Translations under genes and position numbers: made by a program
Assembly: GCA_017438945.1 (NCBI GenBank)
Contig: JAFRUI010000018.1
Coordinates: 16,049 to 80,048, forward strand
Length of the DNA: 64,000 bases
Direction of reading: 5' to 3'
Origin: Bacteroidales bacterium
GTDB taxonomy: Bacteria; Bacteroidota; Bacteroidia; Bacteroidales; WCHB1-69
The notes under the pieces: generated by a model
What the model was told of the DNA's origin: nothing
The model's input: the letters and a program-made list of their open reading frames with translations, nothing else
The model's database searches: none
Shown here: positions 9,554-18,984 of the stretch, piece by piece
Position numbering within the stretch: position 1 is the first letter of the stretch
How the letters are laid out: each line of letters starts with the position of its first letter

Positions 9554-10525
9554 ATGAATAACAAAGAGTTTAACAAACAATTATCTGCAGGAAACAACGG
9601 ATTCCTGCATTTGCTCATCAATCTTGCCTTGTTCGTGGTTTCCATTTGGATAGTGGTGAGATTAGCCAAACTCAACTGTATGTTGAATGCCGAAGGGGAG
9701 GTAACCCCTTGGATTCTGCTTCCCATTTGCATCGGTTTTCTGCTGCTTATCATCTGGATTCTTCACCTGTGCGGTTTCATGATCGTGCAACCCAACGAAT
9801 CACGGGTGCTCACCTTTTTCGGCAAGTACTCCGGCACGGCGAAACAGAACGGTTTTTTCTGGGTGAACCCATTCTACAGCAAAGAGAAGCTGTCGCTGAG
9901 AGCCAAAAATATGGACGTGGAGCCCATCAAGGTGAATGACAAGAACGGCAACCCCATCATGATCGGTCTGGTTTTGGTGTGGAAGATCAGCGACACCTAC
10001 AAAGCCTGTTTCGAAGTGGATTCCGACGTGCGCAGCACCATCACCGAAAACTCGATGAAGTCCGTCAAGAGCTTCGACTCGTTCGTGCGGGTGCAGAGCG
10101 ATGCCGCGCTGCGCAAGGTGGCGGGCATGTACGCATACGACAACATGGACCGCAACGACGAGGGTGTGACCCTGCGTTCCGGCGGCGAGGAAATCAACGA
10201 ACGTTTGGAATCCGAGCTGCGCAAACATCTGGAAATCGCGGGCATCGAGGTTGTGGAAGCCCGCATCAACTACTTGGCCTACGCCGCTGAAATCGCCAGC
10301 GTGATGCTGCGCCGCCAGCAAGCCGACGCCATCATCTCCGCCCGCGAAAAAATCGTGGAGGGTGCCGTCAGCATGGTCGATCTGGCCCTCAAGAAACTCT
10401 CCGCCGACAAAATCGTGGAACTTGACGAGGAACGCAAGGCTGCCATGGTCTCCAACCTCTTAGTCGTGCTCTGCGCCGACGAATCCGCTTCACCGGTCAT
10501 CAACACGGGAACACTGTATCAATAA
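9554..10525 (+). CDS. SPFH/band-7 domain membrane protein
   Basis: 323 aa. Two N-terminal TM helices are followed by a stomatin/prohibitin-like core (..FMIVQPNESRVLTFFGKY.., coiled-coil tail). Confidence 0.8.
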   Translation: MNNKEFNKQLSAGNNGFLHLLINLALFVVSIWIVVRLAKLNCMLNAEGEVTPWILLPICIGFLLLIIWILHLCGFMIVQPNESRVLTFFGKYSGTAKQNGFFWVNPFYSKEKLSLRAKNMDVEPIKVNDKNGNPIMIGLVLVWKISDTYKACFEVDSDVRSTITENSMKSVKSFDSFVRVQSDAALRKVAGMYAYDNMDRNDEGVTLRSGGEEINERLESELRKHLEIAGIEVVEARINYLAYAAEIASVMLRRQQADAIISAREKIVEGAVSMVDLALKKLSADKIVELDEERKAAMVSNLLVVLCADESASPVINTGTLYQ

Positions 10526-10545
10526 ACGAATACAATTCCCGTTTT

Positions 10546-10573
10546 GTAGAGACGCGCCATGGCACGTTTCTAC
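10546..10573. repeat. GTAGAGACG-type palindromic REP
   Basis: GTAGAGACGCGCCATGGCACGTTTCTAC is an imperfect palindrome. Related copies lie at 1278, 28107, 35069 and 50517. Confidence 0.75.
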
Positions 10574-10578
10574 AGGAC

Positions 10579-10785
10579 ATGAAAACATTGACCGTTATGA
10601 AAAAAAACTTCGCCTTACGAGTGGATTCAGAGATTTTCGAGGCCATCGAACGCTGGGCTGCGGACGAGTTCCGGAGCACCAACGGCCAGATTGAGTGGAT
10701 TCTCTCCACCGCGCTGAAGAAGGCCGGGCGGCTGCCGAAGAAGAAAAGTCCCTCCGACGGACAGAATCCAAATGAGAAAAAGTAG
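10579..10785 (+). CDS. Arc/MetJ-type ribbon-helix-helix DNA-binding protein
   Basis: 68 aa. ..KKNFALRVDSEIFEAIERWAADEFRSTNGQIEWIL.. fits the RHH pattern. An alternative start at 10597 is possible. Confidence 0.55.
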   Translation: MKTLTVMKKNFALRVDSEIFEAIERWAADEFRSTNGQIEWILSTALKKAGRLPKKKSPSDGQNPNEKK

Positions 10786-10852
10786 TTGGAAATAATCCGC
10801 AATATCCATTATTGCAAGCTAACAGTTTCGGGGTGTCATCGGCACCCCGTTT

Positions 10853-12808
10853 CTATTTCCCTTTATCTGACTTCATCGGCAGGAGGTCACCCTGTCCCAC
10901 GTGCGCGTAATACGACTGGAGCCGGGCTTTCAAGTCTCGTTCCAGCGACTTTTGCGCTGAACTGTTCTGGTCCAAAATATTGTGCTGTTGCAACGTGTCA
11001 TCGGCAGCATAGACAAACAGACGGCGCTCACCGTCGAAATAAAGACTCAACGAGTCGGTCAGTGCCTGGTAAGTCTGCTGCACACAATTAACCACAAGCG
11101 GTTTGCGTTCGGGTTCGTTGAAGACATCGCGTCCAAAAGCAAAGTAGGGCTTGTCGTATCCCATCAGTCCGAGCGTAGTGGGCATAATGTCAATCTGTTG
11201 GGTCACATGTTCATAGCGACCCTTAACAGAATGGTCCGGGGTGTACATGAAGTATATGATGGCGGTGCTGCCTTTGGCCGTTCGGGTCTCTTCCGCCGCC
11301 ATCTGCGGTGACACGTGATCGGCCACGAAGATGAACAGGGTGTTTTCGAACCACGGCATCTTGGAGGCGGTTTCGAAGAATTTGCGCAGTGACAGGTCGG
11401 TGTAGGCCACACAAGGCTGTACCAACGAGCCACCCTGCGGCATCTTGCCCGCATACTCTTCGGGAAGATCGTAAGGATGGTGGGAACTCAGGGTGAACAC
11501 GGACGTGAAGAACGGGGTCTGCTGCCGGTTGAGTTCCTCGGCCACATATTGCAGAAACGGCATGTCCCAGATACCCCACACGTTGGCATTCCCCTTCCCT
11601 GTATGCATTTTCTCAAAATCCTCCCGGTTATGGAAGTTCTCAATGCCGCACAGCGAGCCGAAAGCCTCGAAACCCATCTGGTTCCGGGAAGCGCCGCAGA
11701 AAAAGTGTGTACCGTAGCCCTGCCGCGCCAGAATGCGGGGCAACGCCTCCAAATCGGTCAGTGATTGGGGCATTAGCGCGAAAGGGGTGCGGTATGAAGG
11801 AATGGACGAGTAGACAGAAGGTAACGCCTCGATGGATTTCATACCGTTGGCGAAGGCATTCGTGAACACCAGTCCCTCACGCATCAGGGAATCCAGGAAG
11901 GGCGTGTAACCGCCGTTGGGATTCAGATGCGGGGCAAGATACTGCGAATGCTCCTTACTGAAGCTCTCCAGCACGAAGATCACCACATTCTTGCCCTTCG
12001 CCACAGGAGGTTGGACAAGATTCGGAAAATGATACGGGGAATACAGCTCCGCCAGATCATCATCGCCGAAATAGACGGGCGCATCCAGCTGTCGCATCCC
12101 GATGGTGCGGAACAAACAGAACGGGTTGCTCAAAATCAACGCTCCCTTCTGTGGCGACTGCGTATAATAGACCGCATTGCCGACCGACATGGGGAACGCC
12201 TTCTTGTCGGCCGAGCCCCGAATGCCGAGCACCCACAACGGGACCACAACGGCCAGTCCCAGCACTCCGACCCCATAATACAACCAATTGTTATCCAACT
12301 GCGTGGGGTGGTATTTGATTTTCTTATAGACGAAAAACAGAAAGAAAATCAACGCCGCACCGAGCAACACGAGGTACCAGTTCTCGCCCATCGCCTTGAA
12401 AAGGATGTCAAAGGTGTTGTCATTTTCGCGGAAGAAGTGCATCTCCTCAGAGGTAATCCGCTTGAAGGCATAACGGAAATAGACGACATCAGAGAGATTC
12501 AGCACCACCAAACCGATGGAATTGATGATGCCATAAATCCAAAACAGTGCCTTCTGGTAGCCACTTTTTTGGCGGAAGCGGAAAGGCAGCATCGACAGCA
12601 CAATGAAGGGGGCGTTCAAAAAGAAGATGGACGCGGTGGCAAACTTCAGCGATCCCGCAAGGAGCATGGGGATTTCCGACCAAGACAATGCGCCAAGCAG
12701 CATCCTGTTGTACAGGTAAAAAGCGACCTGCGTGACCAAAACGCAGCCATAGAGCGGCAGCAGTCTCAAAAGCAGCACCGTGAAATCATTCTGGAGAATC
12801 TTCTTCAT
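10853..12808 (-). CDS. LTA synthase / phosphoglycerol-transferase family sulfatase-fold membrane protein
   Basis: 651 aa. Five or so N-terminal TM helices are followed by a sulfatase-like domain (..VVIFVLESFSKE.., ..FIFVADH..). Confidence 0.8.
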   Translation of the reverse strand: MKKILQNDFTVLLLRLLPLYGCVLVTQVAFYLYNRMLLGALSWSEIPMLLAGSLKFATASIFFLNAPFIVLSMLPFRFRQKSGYQKALFWIYGIINSIGLVVLNLSDVVYFRYAFKRITSEEMHFFRENDNTFDILFKAMGENWYLVLLGAALIFFLFFVYKKIKYHPTQLDNNWLYYGVGVLGLAVVVPLWVLGIRGSADKKAFPMSVGNAVYYTQSPQKGALILSNPFCLFRTIGMRQLDAPVYFGDDDLAELYSPYHFPNLVQPPVAKGKNVVIFVLESFSKEHSQYLAPHLNPNGGYTPFLDSLMREGLVFTNAFANGMKSIEALPSVYSSIPSYRTPFALMPQSLTDLEALPRILARQGYGTHFFCGASRNQMGFEAFGSLCGIENFHNREDFEKMHTGKGNANVWGIWDMPFLQYVAEELNRQQTPFFTSVFTLSSHHPYDLPEEYAGKMPQGGSLVQPCVAYTDLSLRKFFETASKMPWFENTLFIFVADHVSPQMAAEETRTAKGSTAIIYFMYTPDHSVKGRYEHVTQQIDIMPTTLGLMGYDKPYFAFGRDVFNEPERKPLVVNCVQQTYQALTDSLSLYFDGERRLFVYAADDTLQQHNILDQNSSAQKSLERDLKARLQSYYAHVGQGDLLPMKSDKGK

Positions 12809-12810
12809 TA

Positions 12811-12836
12811 CTTAGACTTAGACTTAAACTTAGACT
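12811..12836. repeat. tandem hexamer array (CTTAGA)
   Basis: CTTAGACTTAGACTTAAACTTAGACT lies immediately upstream of the start codon at 12808. Confidence 0.7.
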
Positions 12837-12872
12837 ATAACTATTCCCTTGGCCCTTAACAATAAAAGCGGG

Positions 12873-12880
12873 CAAAAATA
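12873..12880 (-). promoter_or_regulatory. -7 promoter box for the LTA-synthase-family gene
   Basis: TATTTTTG on the minus strand, 65 nt upstream of the ATG. Confidence 0.5.
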
Positions 12881-12943
12881 TCATTTTTTTGGTTATTGGC
12901 TTTTAAACTTTGAACCTTGAGCCAAACATATCCGTTTTTTGTT

Positions 12944-12951
12944 TACCTTTG
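12944..12951 (+). promoter_or_regulatory. -7 promoter box for the lipid kinase gene
   Basis: TACCTTTG lies 28 nt upstream of the ATG at 12979. Confidence 0.5.
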
Positions 12952-12978
12952 CTGCCTTAAAAACAATCAGCGGAAATA

Positions 12979-13857
12979 ATGCCTAAAAGACGGATTCTCT
13001 TCATTGTCAACCCCATATCCGGACACCGCGACAAAAGCCAGTTTCGGGAGAAAGCGGCGGACGTGCTGAACGGTGAAGATTTTACGTATGAGATTGTGTT
13101 CACGGAACAAGCTGGCCACGCCACGGCATTGGCAGAAGAGGCTGTTGGCGTTTACGACATTGTGGCGGCAGTGGGCGGCGACGGCACCCTCAACGAGGTG
13201 GCGCGCGGGCTTATCGGCACGGAGACTGCCTTGGCCGTGATTCCCTGCGGTTCCGGCAACGGGCTCGCCCGCTGTATGAACATCCCGCTAAGCACTGACA
13301 AGGCGCTGCATCTCCTGACACAAGGCCACATCGAGCGCATCGACACCGGCTCCGTCAACGGGCGGCTCTTCCTGAGCGTGGCCGGCATCGGTCTCGACGC
13401 GCAAACCGCCCTAGACTTCGCCCAAGACCCACGGCGCGGCTTCCTGACCTACGCCCATTATGCCGTCAACAACTATTTCCACCCCAAGCAGGAAACAGTC
13501 AGCATCACCTTCGACGAAAAAGAAACGCTGACGTGCAGTCCGATGCTCATCACCTTCGCCAACTCCAATCAGTTCGGATACCACGCGGTCATCGCACCAC
13601 ACGCTTCCCTGCAGGACGGACTGCTCGACACATGCATCCTCGAACGACCACCCCTGGTGACCATTCCCGATGTTGTGGCAAAACTGATGGACGGACGGCT
13701 TGACAAATCCCGCTACCTCACGGAAAGGCAGGCGGCACATATCACGGTGGAACGCCCGGCCGCCGGTGTGGTGAACATCGACGGCGAGCCTGTGATAATG
13801 GACGCAAAGCTTGATGTCCGCATTGCGCCACAGAATCTTAAGATATTAGTTCCCTAA
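12979..13857 (+). CDS. diacylglycerol/lipid kinase family protein (YegS/BmrU-like)
   Basis: 292 aa. The AVGGDGTLNEV signature and a DAGK catalytic-domain layout are present. Confidence 0.85.
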   Translation: MPKRRILFIVNPISGHRDKSQFREKAADVLNGEDFTYEIVFTEQAGHATALAEEAVGVYDIVAAVGGDGTLNEVARGLIGTETALAVIPCGSGNGLARCMNIPLSTDKALHLLTQGHIERIDTGSVNGRLFLSVAGIGLDAQTALDFAQDPRRGFLTYAHYAVNNYFHPKQETVSITFDEKETLTCSPMLITFANSNQFGYHAVIAPHASLQDGLLDTCILERPPLVTIPDVVAKLMDGRLDKSRYLTERQAAHITVERPAAGVVNIDGEPVIMDAKLDVRIAPQNLKILVP

Positions 13858-13860
13858 CTT

Positions 13861-15390
13861 TCAGTGCTGATCTGGAACTTCTTCCATAATATTGTCCATA
13901 AACAACCCCACCCTATTCAGCACAATACACGCTCGGCTCTTGTCTATGACAATTCGCACCTTCTTCGTGGTGACGGTCTCCGTAAGCACAATCCGTTTGT
14001 GGCCGATGGTGGTCTCTTCGGCGATGGTGCGCCAGCTGCCGTTCTCATCCTCCACCTCTATATGAAACTTCTCCACACGTTGACCCAGCGGAATGTACTC
14101 CTGCAGCATGACGCGGTTGAAAGTCTTTGGCTGAGAAAACTGAATTTCCAGCCATGCAGTCGTCACTGAATCATCGGTAGCCCAATAAGTATCGTAGTCG
14201 TCGTCTATGACAGAAAAGCCACAACACGGTTCTATAAAAACCGTATTGCGCCACGAATAGCAATTACCCGTATGATCAAGTTCATAGACTCTGCGAAAAT
14301 TCGACACACAAATGTTTCTGATATTTTTCGCCAAATCATGCGCGAAGATGGTGTCCAGCGCAGCGCGGAACTCCATGAGGCGCAGCGAGTCCTCGGCAGG
14401 GATGAGGCCGCGGCTGTCGGGTGGCACGTTGAGCAGCAGCAACGAGTTGCGACCCACGCTATTGTAGTAGATCTTCAGCAGTTCCTGCACGCTCTTCGGG
14501 TGCTCGCTCCCGCGCCAGAACCAGCCCGGGCGGATGGAAACGTCCGTCTCGGCGGGAATCCAGCACGCGCCGTTGTAGTTGCCAACGTTGAGCGTGTCCT
14601 GCGACGGGGCGTTCTTACCCGATTCGCGCCCTTCTACATCGAGCCGAGACCAGCAGGTGCGCCCGCATTTTCCTTCCTCGTTGCCGACCCAGCGGCATCC
14701 AGGACCCACATCACTGAAAATCACCGCATTGGGTTGCAGCTTCTTCGTCTGCCCGTTGAACTTCTTCCAGTCATAGACCTGCTTCTTGCCGTTCGGACCC
14801 TCGCCGTTGGCCCCATCAAACCATTGCTCAAAGATAGAGCCGTAATGGGTGTGCGCATGTCGTAAAGTCTTGAGGAACACTTTGTTGTATGCATTCGTGC
14901 CGTAGGTGGGCGCGTTGCGGTCCCACGGGGAGATGTAGATCCCGAACTTCACGCCACCCTTCTTGCAGGCATCGGACAACTCGCGCAGCACGTCGCCTTT
15001 TCCGTTGCGCCACACGCTCTCGCGCACCGTGTGCGTGCTCTGCGGGTTAGGCCACAGGCAGAAGCCGTCGTGATGTTTGGCCGTGAGGATAATGCCTTGG
15101 AATCCTGCGTTTTTCGCCACAGATACCCACTGGTTGCAGTCGAGGGCGGTGGGGTTGAAGATGTCCTCCGCCTCCGTGCCCTCGCCCCACTCCAAACCGG
15201 TGAAGGTGTTGGGCCCGAAATGGCAGAACATATTCATCTCCATCCGTTGCCAAGCCACCTGCGCGGCAGTCGGCACGGGTCCGTATGGCTTCGGCAGATC
15301 AGCGGGTTTGGGCTGAGGAGCATACTTCTGCGCATTCAACCCAAAAACCAAAAGCAAAAAGCAAAAAGTAAAAAGTATCGTCTTTTTCAT
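13861..15390 (-). CDS. alpha-L-fucosidase (GH29) with C-terminal F5/8-type-C-like domain
   Basis: 509 aa. It has a signal peptide, the GH29-like block ..LTAKHHDGFCLWP.., and a C-terminal beta-sandwich. Confidence 0.8.
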   Translation of the reverse strand: MKKTILFTFCFLLLVFGLNAQKYAPQPKPADLPKPYGPVPTAAQVAWQRMEMNMFCHFGPNTFTGLEWGEGTEAEDIFNPTALDCNQWVSVAKNAGFQGIILTAKHHDGFCLWPNPQSTHTVRESVWRNGKGDVLRELSDACKKGGVKFGIYISPWDRNAPTYGTNAYNKVFLKTLRHAHTHYGSIFEQWFDGANGEGPNGKKQVYDWKKFNGQTKKLQPNAVIFSDVGPGCRWVGNEEGKCGRTCWSRLDVEGRESGKNAPSQDTLNVGNYNGACWIPAETDVSIRPGWFWRGSEHPKSVQELLKIYYNSVGRNSLLLLNVPPDSRGLIPAEDSLRLMEFRAALDTIFAHDLAKNIRNICVSNFRRVYELDHTGNCYSWRNTVFIEPCCGFSVIDDDYDTYWATDDSVTTAWLEIQFSQPKTFNRVMLQEYIPLGQRVEKFHIEVEDENGSWRTIAEETTIGHKRIVLTETVTTKKVRIVIDKSRACIVLNRVGLFMDNIMEEVPDQH

Positions 15391-15456
15391 CGTCTCATCG
15401 TCTCATCGTTTCATCGTTTCATCGTCATTCATCGCAAATCGCAAATCGCAAATCGT
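15388..15456. repeat. tandem octamer/heptamer arrays (CGTCTCAT x2, CGTTTCAT x2, CGCAAAT x3)
   Basis: Read directly. The array fills the whole spacer between the fucosidase start and the TonB-dependent receptor stop. Confidence 0.85.
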
Positions 15457-17870
15457 CAGAACTTAAACGTCCACATCACCGACGGGATAATCGGGAACAG
15501 ACTCATCTGATAAGCGTGGTTCTGCATGGAAAAGTCCGTGATGTTGCCCTCGCCAGTCTCGATCTTCGTTTCGAAAAAGACCAAGAACGGATTCTGGCGA
15601 TTATATACATTATAGACAGAAAAATTAAGCCCAGTCTCAAACTTGCTGGTTTTCTTGATGGTCCAGTCCACCGCAAGGTCAAGCCGGTGGTAGGGATTCA
15701 CGCGGTACTCGTTGCGACCGCTGTACTCGGTCACAACGGAGCCCATGTAAAGGTAGTAACCGAGTGGCACTGTCATGGTATTGCCCGACTGGAACACCCA
15801 CAAAGCGGAGACCGACAGCTTGTTGCGGAGAATCTCATACGACAAGCTGATGGAAACATCGTGGCGACGGTCATATTTCGCCCAGAAGGGTTTCCCTCCG
15901 TTCAGGTCGTCGAACTGCCGGCGGGTGAAAGCCAGCGTGTAACCGATGAAGCCAGTAAACCGCCCTTTCGACTTCTTCACGAAGAATTCCGCACCAGCGG
16001 CCCACCCTTTACCAAAAACATACAGCTGGTCCGGATTAATGGTTATAACGCTGAAATCCAAGCCGTCACGATATTCGGCGAGATTATACATCTGCTTGTA
16101 ATACAGGTCGATATACGTCTCGAACATATTCTGGCGGAAATTTTTGAACACGCCGAGGGAATACTGCACTACCATTTGCGGCTTCAGCAAATCGGTGGAG
16201 GGCATCCACACATCGGTAGGCAGGGAGATGCTCGCAATGGAAATCTGGTGCATGAACTGGTAATTCAGCGTCGCCGATGCCTTAATGGAGGTGGTGGAAT
16301 CGATGAGCCAGCGCAACGAAAGGCGCGGCTCCACACGATTGTATTGCGAGATAGGCTCCCCGCGTTTGTAGAGAACCGAATCCGTAACATGTCCCAATTC
16401 GTCCAAAACGTACCGCGTGAAAGGTCCCAAATGATGGAAATTGGTGTAGCGCAGACCTGCATTCAGTTTCCAATGTTTGGTGATGTCGTATTCGTCATGC
16501 GCATACAGGCTGAACTCATTGCCGACATAATGCTGGACGGGAGGGATGTCGAAATGGATTCCGGTGCCCGCCTCCACATCAAATTGTCCCGGAATGCAGT
16601 CGTGCACCACATTTTGCACCCCGAAACGGACATTATGTTTCGGAGTAGGCAACCAAGTAAGTTCGCTCTTCACGTTGTAATCACGCACCCCGGAGGTCAG
16701 CTTAAAGGAGTAAGGGCTAATCCCCATATCCGTTCCGAAATTATAGTAGCTGAAAGTTGCCGACGTATTGAGGAACAAGCGGTTAGCAATAATGAAATTC
16801 CAACGGGCGGACGCCGCCGCATTTCCCCACTTAAAAGCCATTTTCGTCTGTTGGGTCAACGACTTGAACCCATAGACATCGTGTCCATAATAAGCCCCGA
16901 AATAGAGCCGATGACGTGGGTTGATCACCACATTGAACTTTGCGTTGATATCATAGAAAAAGAAATCCGTGCCTTTCATCGGGGATTCCTTTTTCAAGAA
17001 AGGCTGGATGAGGACATCGGCGTAGGTGCGACGGGCAGCAATCAAAAACGACGCCTTGTTTTTCTTGATAGGTCCCTGTACGGTGAGATGAGAGAAGATC
17101 AGTCCTAGGCCACCCTCCACCTCATACCGTTTCAAGTTGCCCTCTTTCTGATAGACATTCAAGATAGATGCCGCACGTCCTCCAAAGTATGCCGGCATCC
17201 CCGACTTGATGAGTTCAATGCTTTTCACCGCATCAGCGTTGAATATGGAGAAGAAACCGAACAGGTGGTCAGGGTTGTAGATGGTGGCCTCGTCGAGAAG
17301 GACAAGGTTCTGGTCTGTACCGCTGCCACGGACATAGAATCCGCTGTTCCCTTCCCCACCCGACTGCACGCCCGGGAGGAGCTGCACCGACTTGATGATG
17401 TCGGCCTCGCCCATCAGCGCGGGCAGCGCCTTGATGGTCTGGATGCTCATCTCCATTCGGCCCACATCGCCGCTGGAGACATTGACATCCCCACGCTCGC
17501 CCTGAATCACCACCTCCGCACCTTCAATGGCCGACGGTTCCAACTCATAACGCCGCATCAGATTCTTGTTTAACGTGATTGTGTCTTCTAACGTCTTAAA
17601 TCCCAAATGGTTAATGGCAACCTTATAGGTGCCTGGAACTGACGATATGGAATAGTATCCGGCCTGGTTTGTGACACATCCTTGCACATTGGAGGCATTG
17701 TTCACATCCGTCATGATGACATACACCCCCATCATGGACTCACCGTTCGAAGCATCGCGCACCGTCCCCGACAAGGCAAACCGTCCCCCCTGCGCCATCA
17801 CAGCTCCTCCATGAGCCAAAAAGCACAAAACAACCAAAAATTCACAAATTATCATTATGTGTCTTAACAT
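15456..17870 (-). CDS. TonB-dependent receptor with CarboxypepD_reg N-terminal domain
   Basis: It has a signal peptide, ..SGTVRDASNGESMMGVYV.. (CarboxypepD_reg), plug and barrel regions, and a terminal ..WTFKF aromatic. Start set to the ATG at 17870, because the track start is TTG. Confidence 0.85.
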   Translation of the reverse strand: MLRHIMIICEFLVVLCFLAHGGAVMAQGGRFALSGTVRDASNGESMMGVYVIMTDVNNASNVQGCVTNQAGYYSISSVPGTYKVAINHLGFKTLEDTITLNKNLMRRYELEPSAIEGAEVVIQGERGDVNVSSGDVGRMEMSIQTIKALPALMGEADIIKSVQLLPGVQSGGEGNSGFYVRGSGTDQNLVLLDEATIYNPDHLFGFFSIFNADAVKSIELIKSGMPAYFGGRAASILNVYQKEGNLKRYEVEGGLGLIFSHLTVQGPIKKNKASFLIAARRTYADVLIQPFLKKESPMKGTDFFFYDINAKFNVVINPRHRLYFGAYYGHDVYGFKSLTQQTKMAFKWGNAAASARWNFIIANRLFLNTSATFSYYNFGTDMGISPYSFKLTSGVRDYNVKSELTWLPTPKHNVRFGVQNVVHDCIPGQFDVEAGTGIHFDIPPVQHYVGNEFSLYAHDEYDITKHWKLNAGLRYTNFHHLGPFTRYVLDELGHVTDSVLYKRGEPISQYNRVEPRLSLRWLIDSTTSIKASATLNYQFMHQISIASISLPTDVWMPSTDLLKPQMVVQYSLGVFKNFRQNMFETYIDLYYKQMYNLAEYRDGLDFSVITINPDQLYVFGKGWAAGAEFFVKKSKGRFTGFIGYTLAFTRRQFDDLNGGKPFWAKYDRRHDVSISLSYEILRNKLSVSALWVFQSGNTMTVPLGYYLYMGSVVTEYSGRNEYRVNPYHRLDLAVDWTIKKTSKFETGLNFSVYNVYNRQNPFLVFFETKIETGEGNITDFSMQNHAYQMSLFPIIPSVMWTFKF

Positions 17871-18027
17871 AATCCAATCATCCAATCATCCAATCCTCTA
17901 ATCATCACCTCATCGCATCATCGTCTCATCGTCTCATCTTCTCATCTTCTCATCGACTCATCGTCTCATCGCCTCATTGTCTCATCGCATCATCATTCCT
18001 TCATCGTCTCATCGTCCTCACCGTCAT
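17871..18027. repeat. ~150-bp array of 8-bp-periodic units (ATCCAATC.., ATCGTCTC, ATCTTCTC..)
   Basis: Read directly. About 18 octamer units fill the spacer and run into the last codons (..TVRTMRR*) of the DMT gene. Confidence 0.85.
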
Positions 18028-18906
18028 CTGGCTAAACGTCACGCCCGCGACAATCACCACAATCCCCCAAAATTTTGTCTGCGTGAAGATTTCCTGACCA
18101 ATGGCTGCCGCCGCGAGAAGGGTCACGATGGGAATCAGATTCGTGAAGATACTGGTCTTCGTAACCGTAAGTTGCTTTACCGCGTAGGAATACAGCATAT
18201 AGGCACCTGCGGAGCATAGCAAGGCAAGACACACCAGACTGAACACCGCGCTGGCGTCCCATGTCAGAGATCCCCAATGCCGGACATCAAAGATGAGGAC
18301 AAACGGCAAGAACATCGGGATGGCGATGAAGTTCTGCCAAGTGGTCACCGTGGCGGGACTATACTTCTTTAGCAGTCGGGTCAGCTGCACACTGTAACCG
18401 CTGGCCGCCAGCACTGCGACGCCAAGCAGCAGCGTCCCTTTCAGGTTGAATTCGATATGCCCGCTGGTGCTCATGGTCAGCATCAACACACCCACCACAG
18501 AGATCATAGTACCCACAACGAACTCCCAGCGGATGGGTGCATGTTCGTAGAAGTACATGGTGACAGAAATCACAATAGGGATAAGGGCGATGATGACGGC
18601 GGCAAAGCTGGCATCCACCTGTTGCAGTCCGAAGTCCTCCCCGATAAAATAGAGAAAAGGTTCAAAGAAAGCCAGCAAAAGAAAATCTTTGTAATCGGAA
18701 CGTTCAACTTTCTGTAATTTTTTTTGGATTCTGAGCAGCGTCACGAACACTGCGGAAGCCAACACCAACCGGATAAACACAATGGTGAACACCGGGAAAT
18801 TGTTGTTTAACAAGTGTTTTATCCATACGAAACTCAAGCCCCAGAACAACATGGCAAACATTATAGCCACATAGCCGAGCGCAAATTTATTGTCATTTTT
18901 TTTCAT
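18001..18906 (-). CDS. DMT superfamily (EamA-type) transporter
   Basis: About 10 TM helices in two EamA-like halves. Start re-set to MKKNDNKFALGYVAIMF. Confidence 0.8.
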   Translation of the reverse strand: MKKNDNKFALGYVAIMFAMLFWGLSFVWIKHLLNNNFPVFTIVFIRLVLASAVFVTLLRIQKKLQKVERSDYKDFLLLAFFEPFLYFIGEDFGLQQVDASFAAVIIALIPIVISVTMYFYEHAPIRWEFVVGTMISVVGVLMLTMSTSGHIEFNLKGTLLLGVAVLAASGYSVQLTRLLKKYSPATVTTWQNFIAIPMFLPFVLIFDVRHWGSLTWDASAVFSLVCLALLCSAGAYMLYSYAVKQLTVTKTSIFTNLIPIVTLLAAAAIGQEIFTQTKFWGIVVIVAGVTFSQMTVRTMRR

Positions 18907-18984
18907 GGCGGCAAAAATCCGATTTTTTTTCCAATAATGCAATATAAAACCATCCGATTCGTTATATTTCAAGAAAAAAAAGTT

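Noticed and set aside
15516-17108. 530-aa plus-strand ORF. Similar long antisense ORFs occur at 4459..5532, 11927..12859, 25953..26897, 45253..46203, 52876..53883 and 55251..56156.
   Set aside because: Each lies entirely antisense to a gene with strong motif support (TonB-dependent receptor, peptidase, LTA synthase, tcdA, lepA, OMP, rnfB). The translations are rich in His, Arg, Val, Gly and Asp and have no recognisable domains. The recurrence is best explained by codon usage that avoids the codons complementary to stop codons. It is not evidence of overlapping genes.
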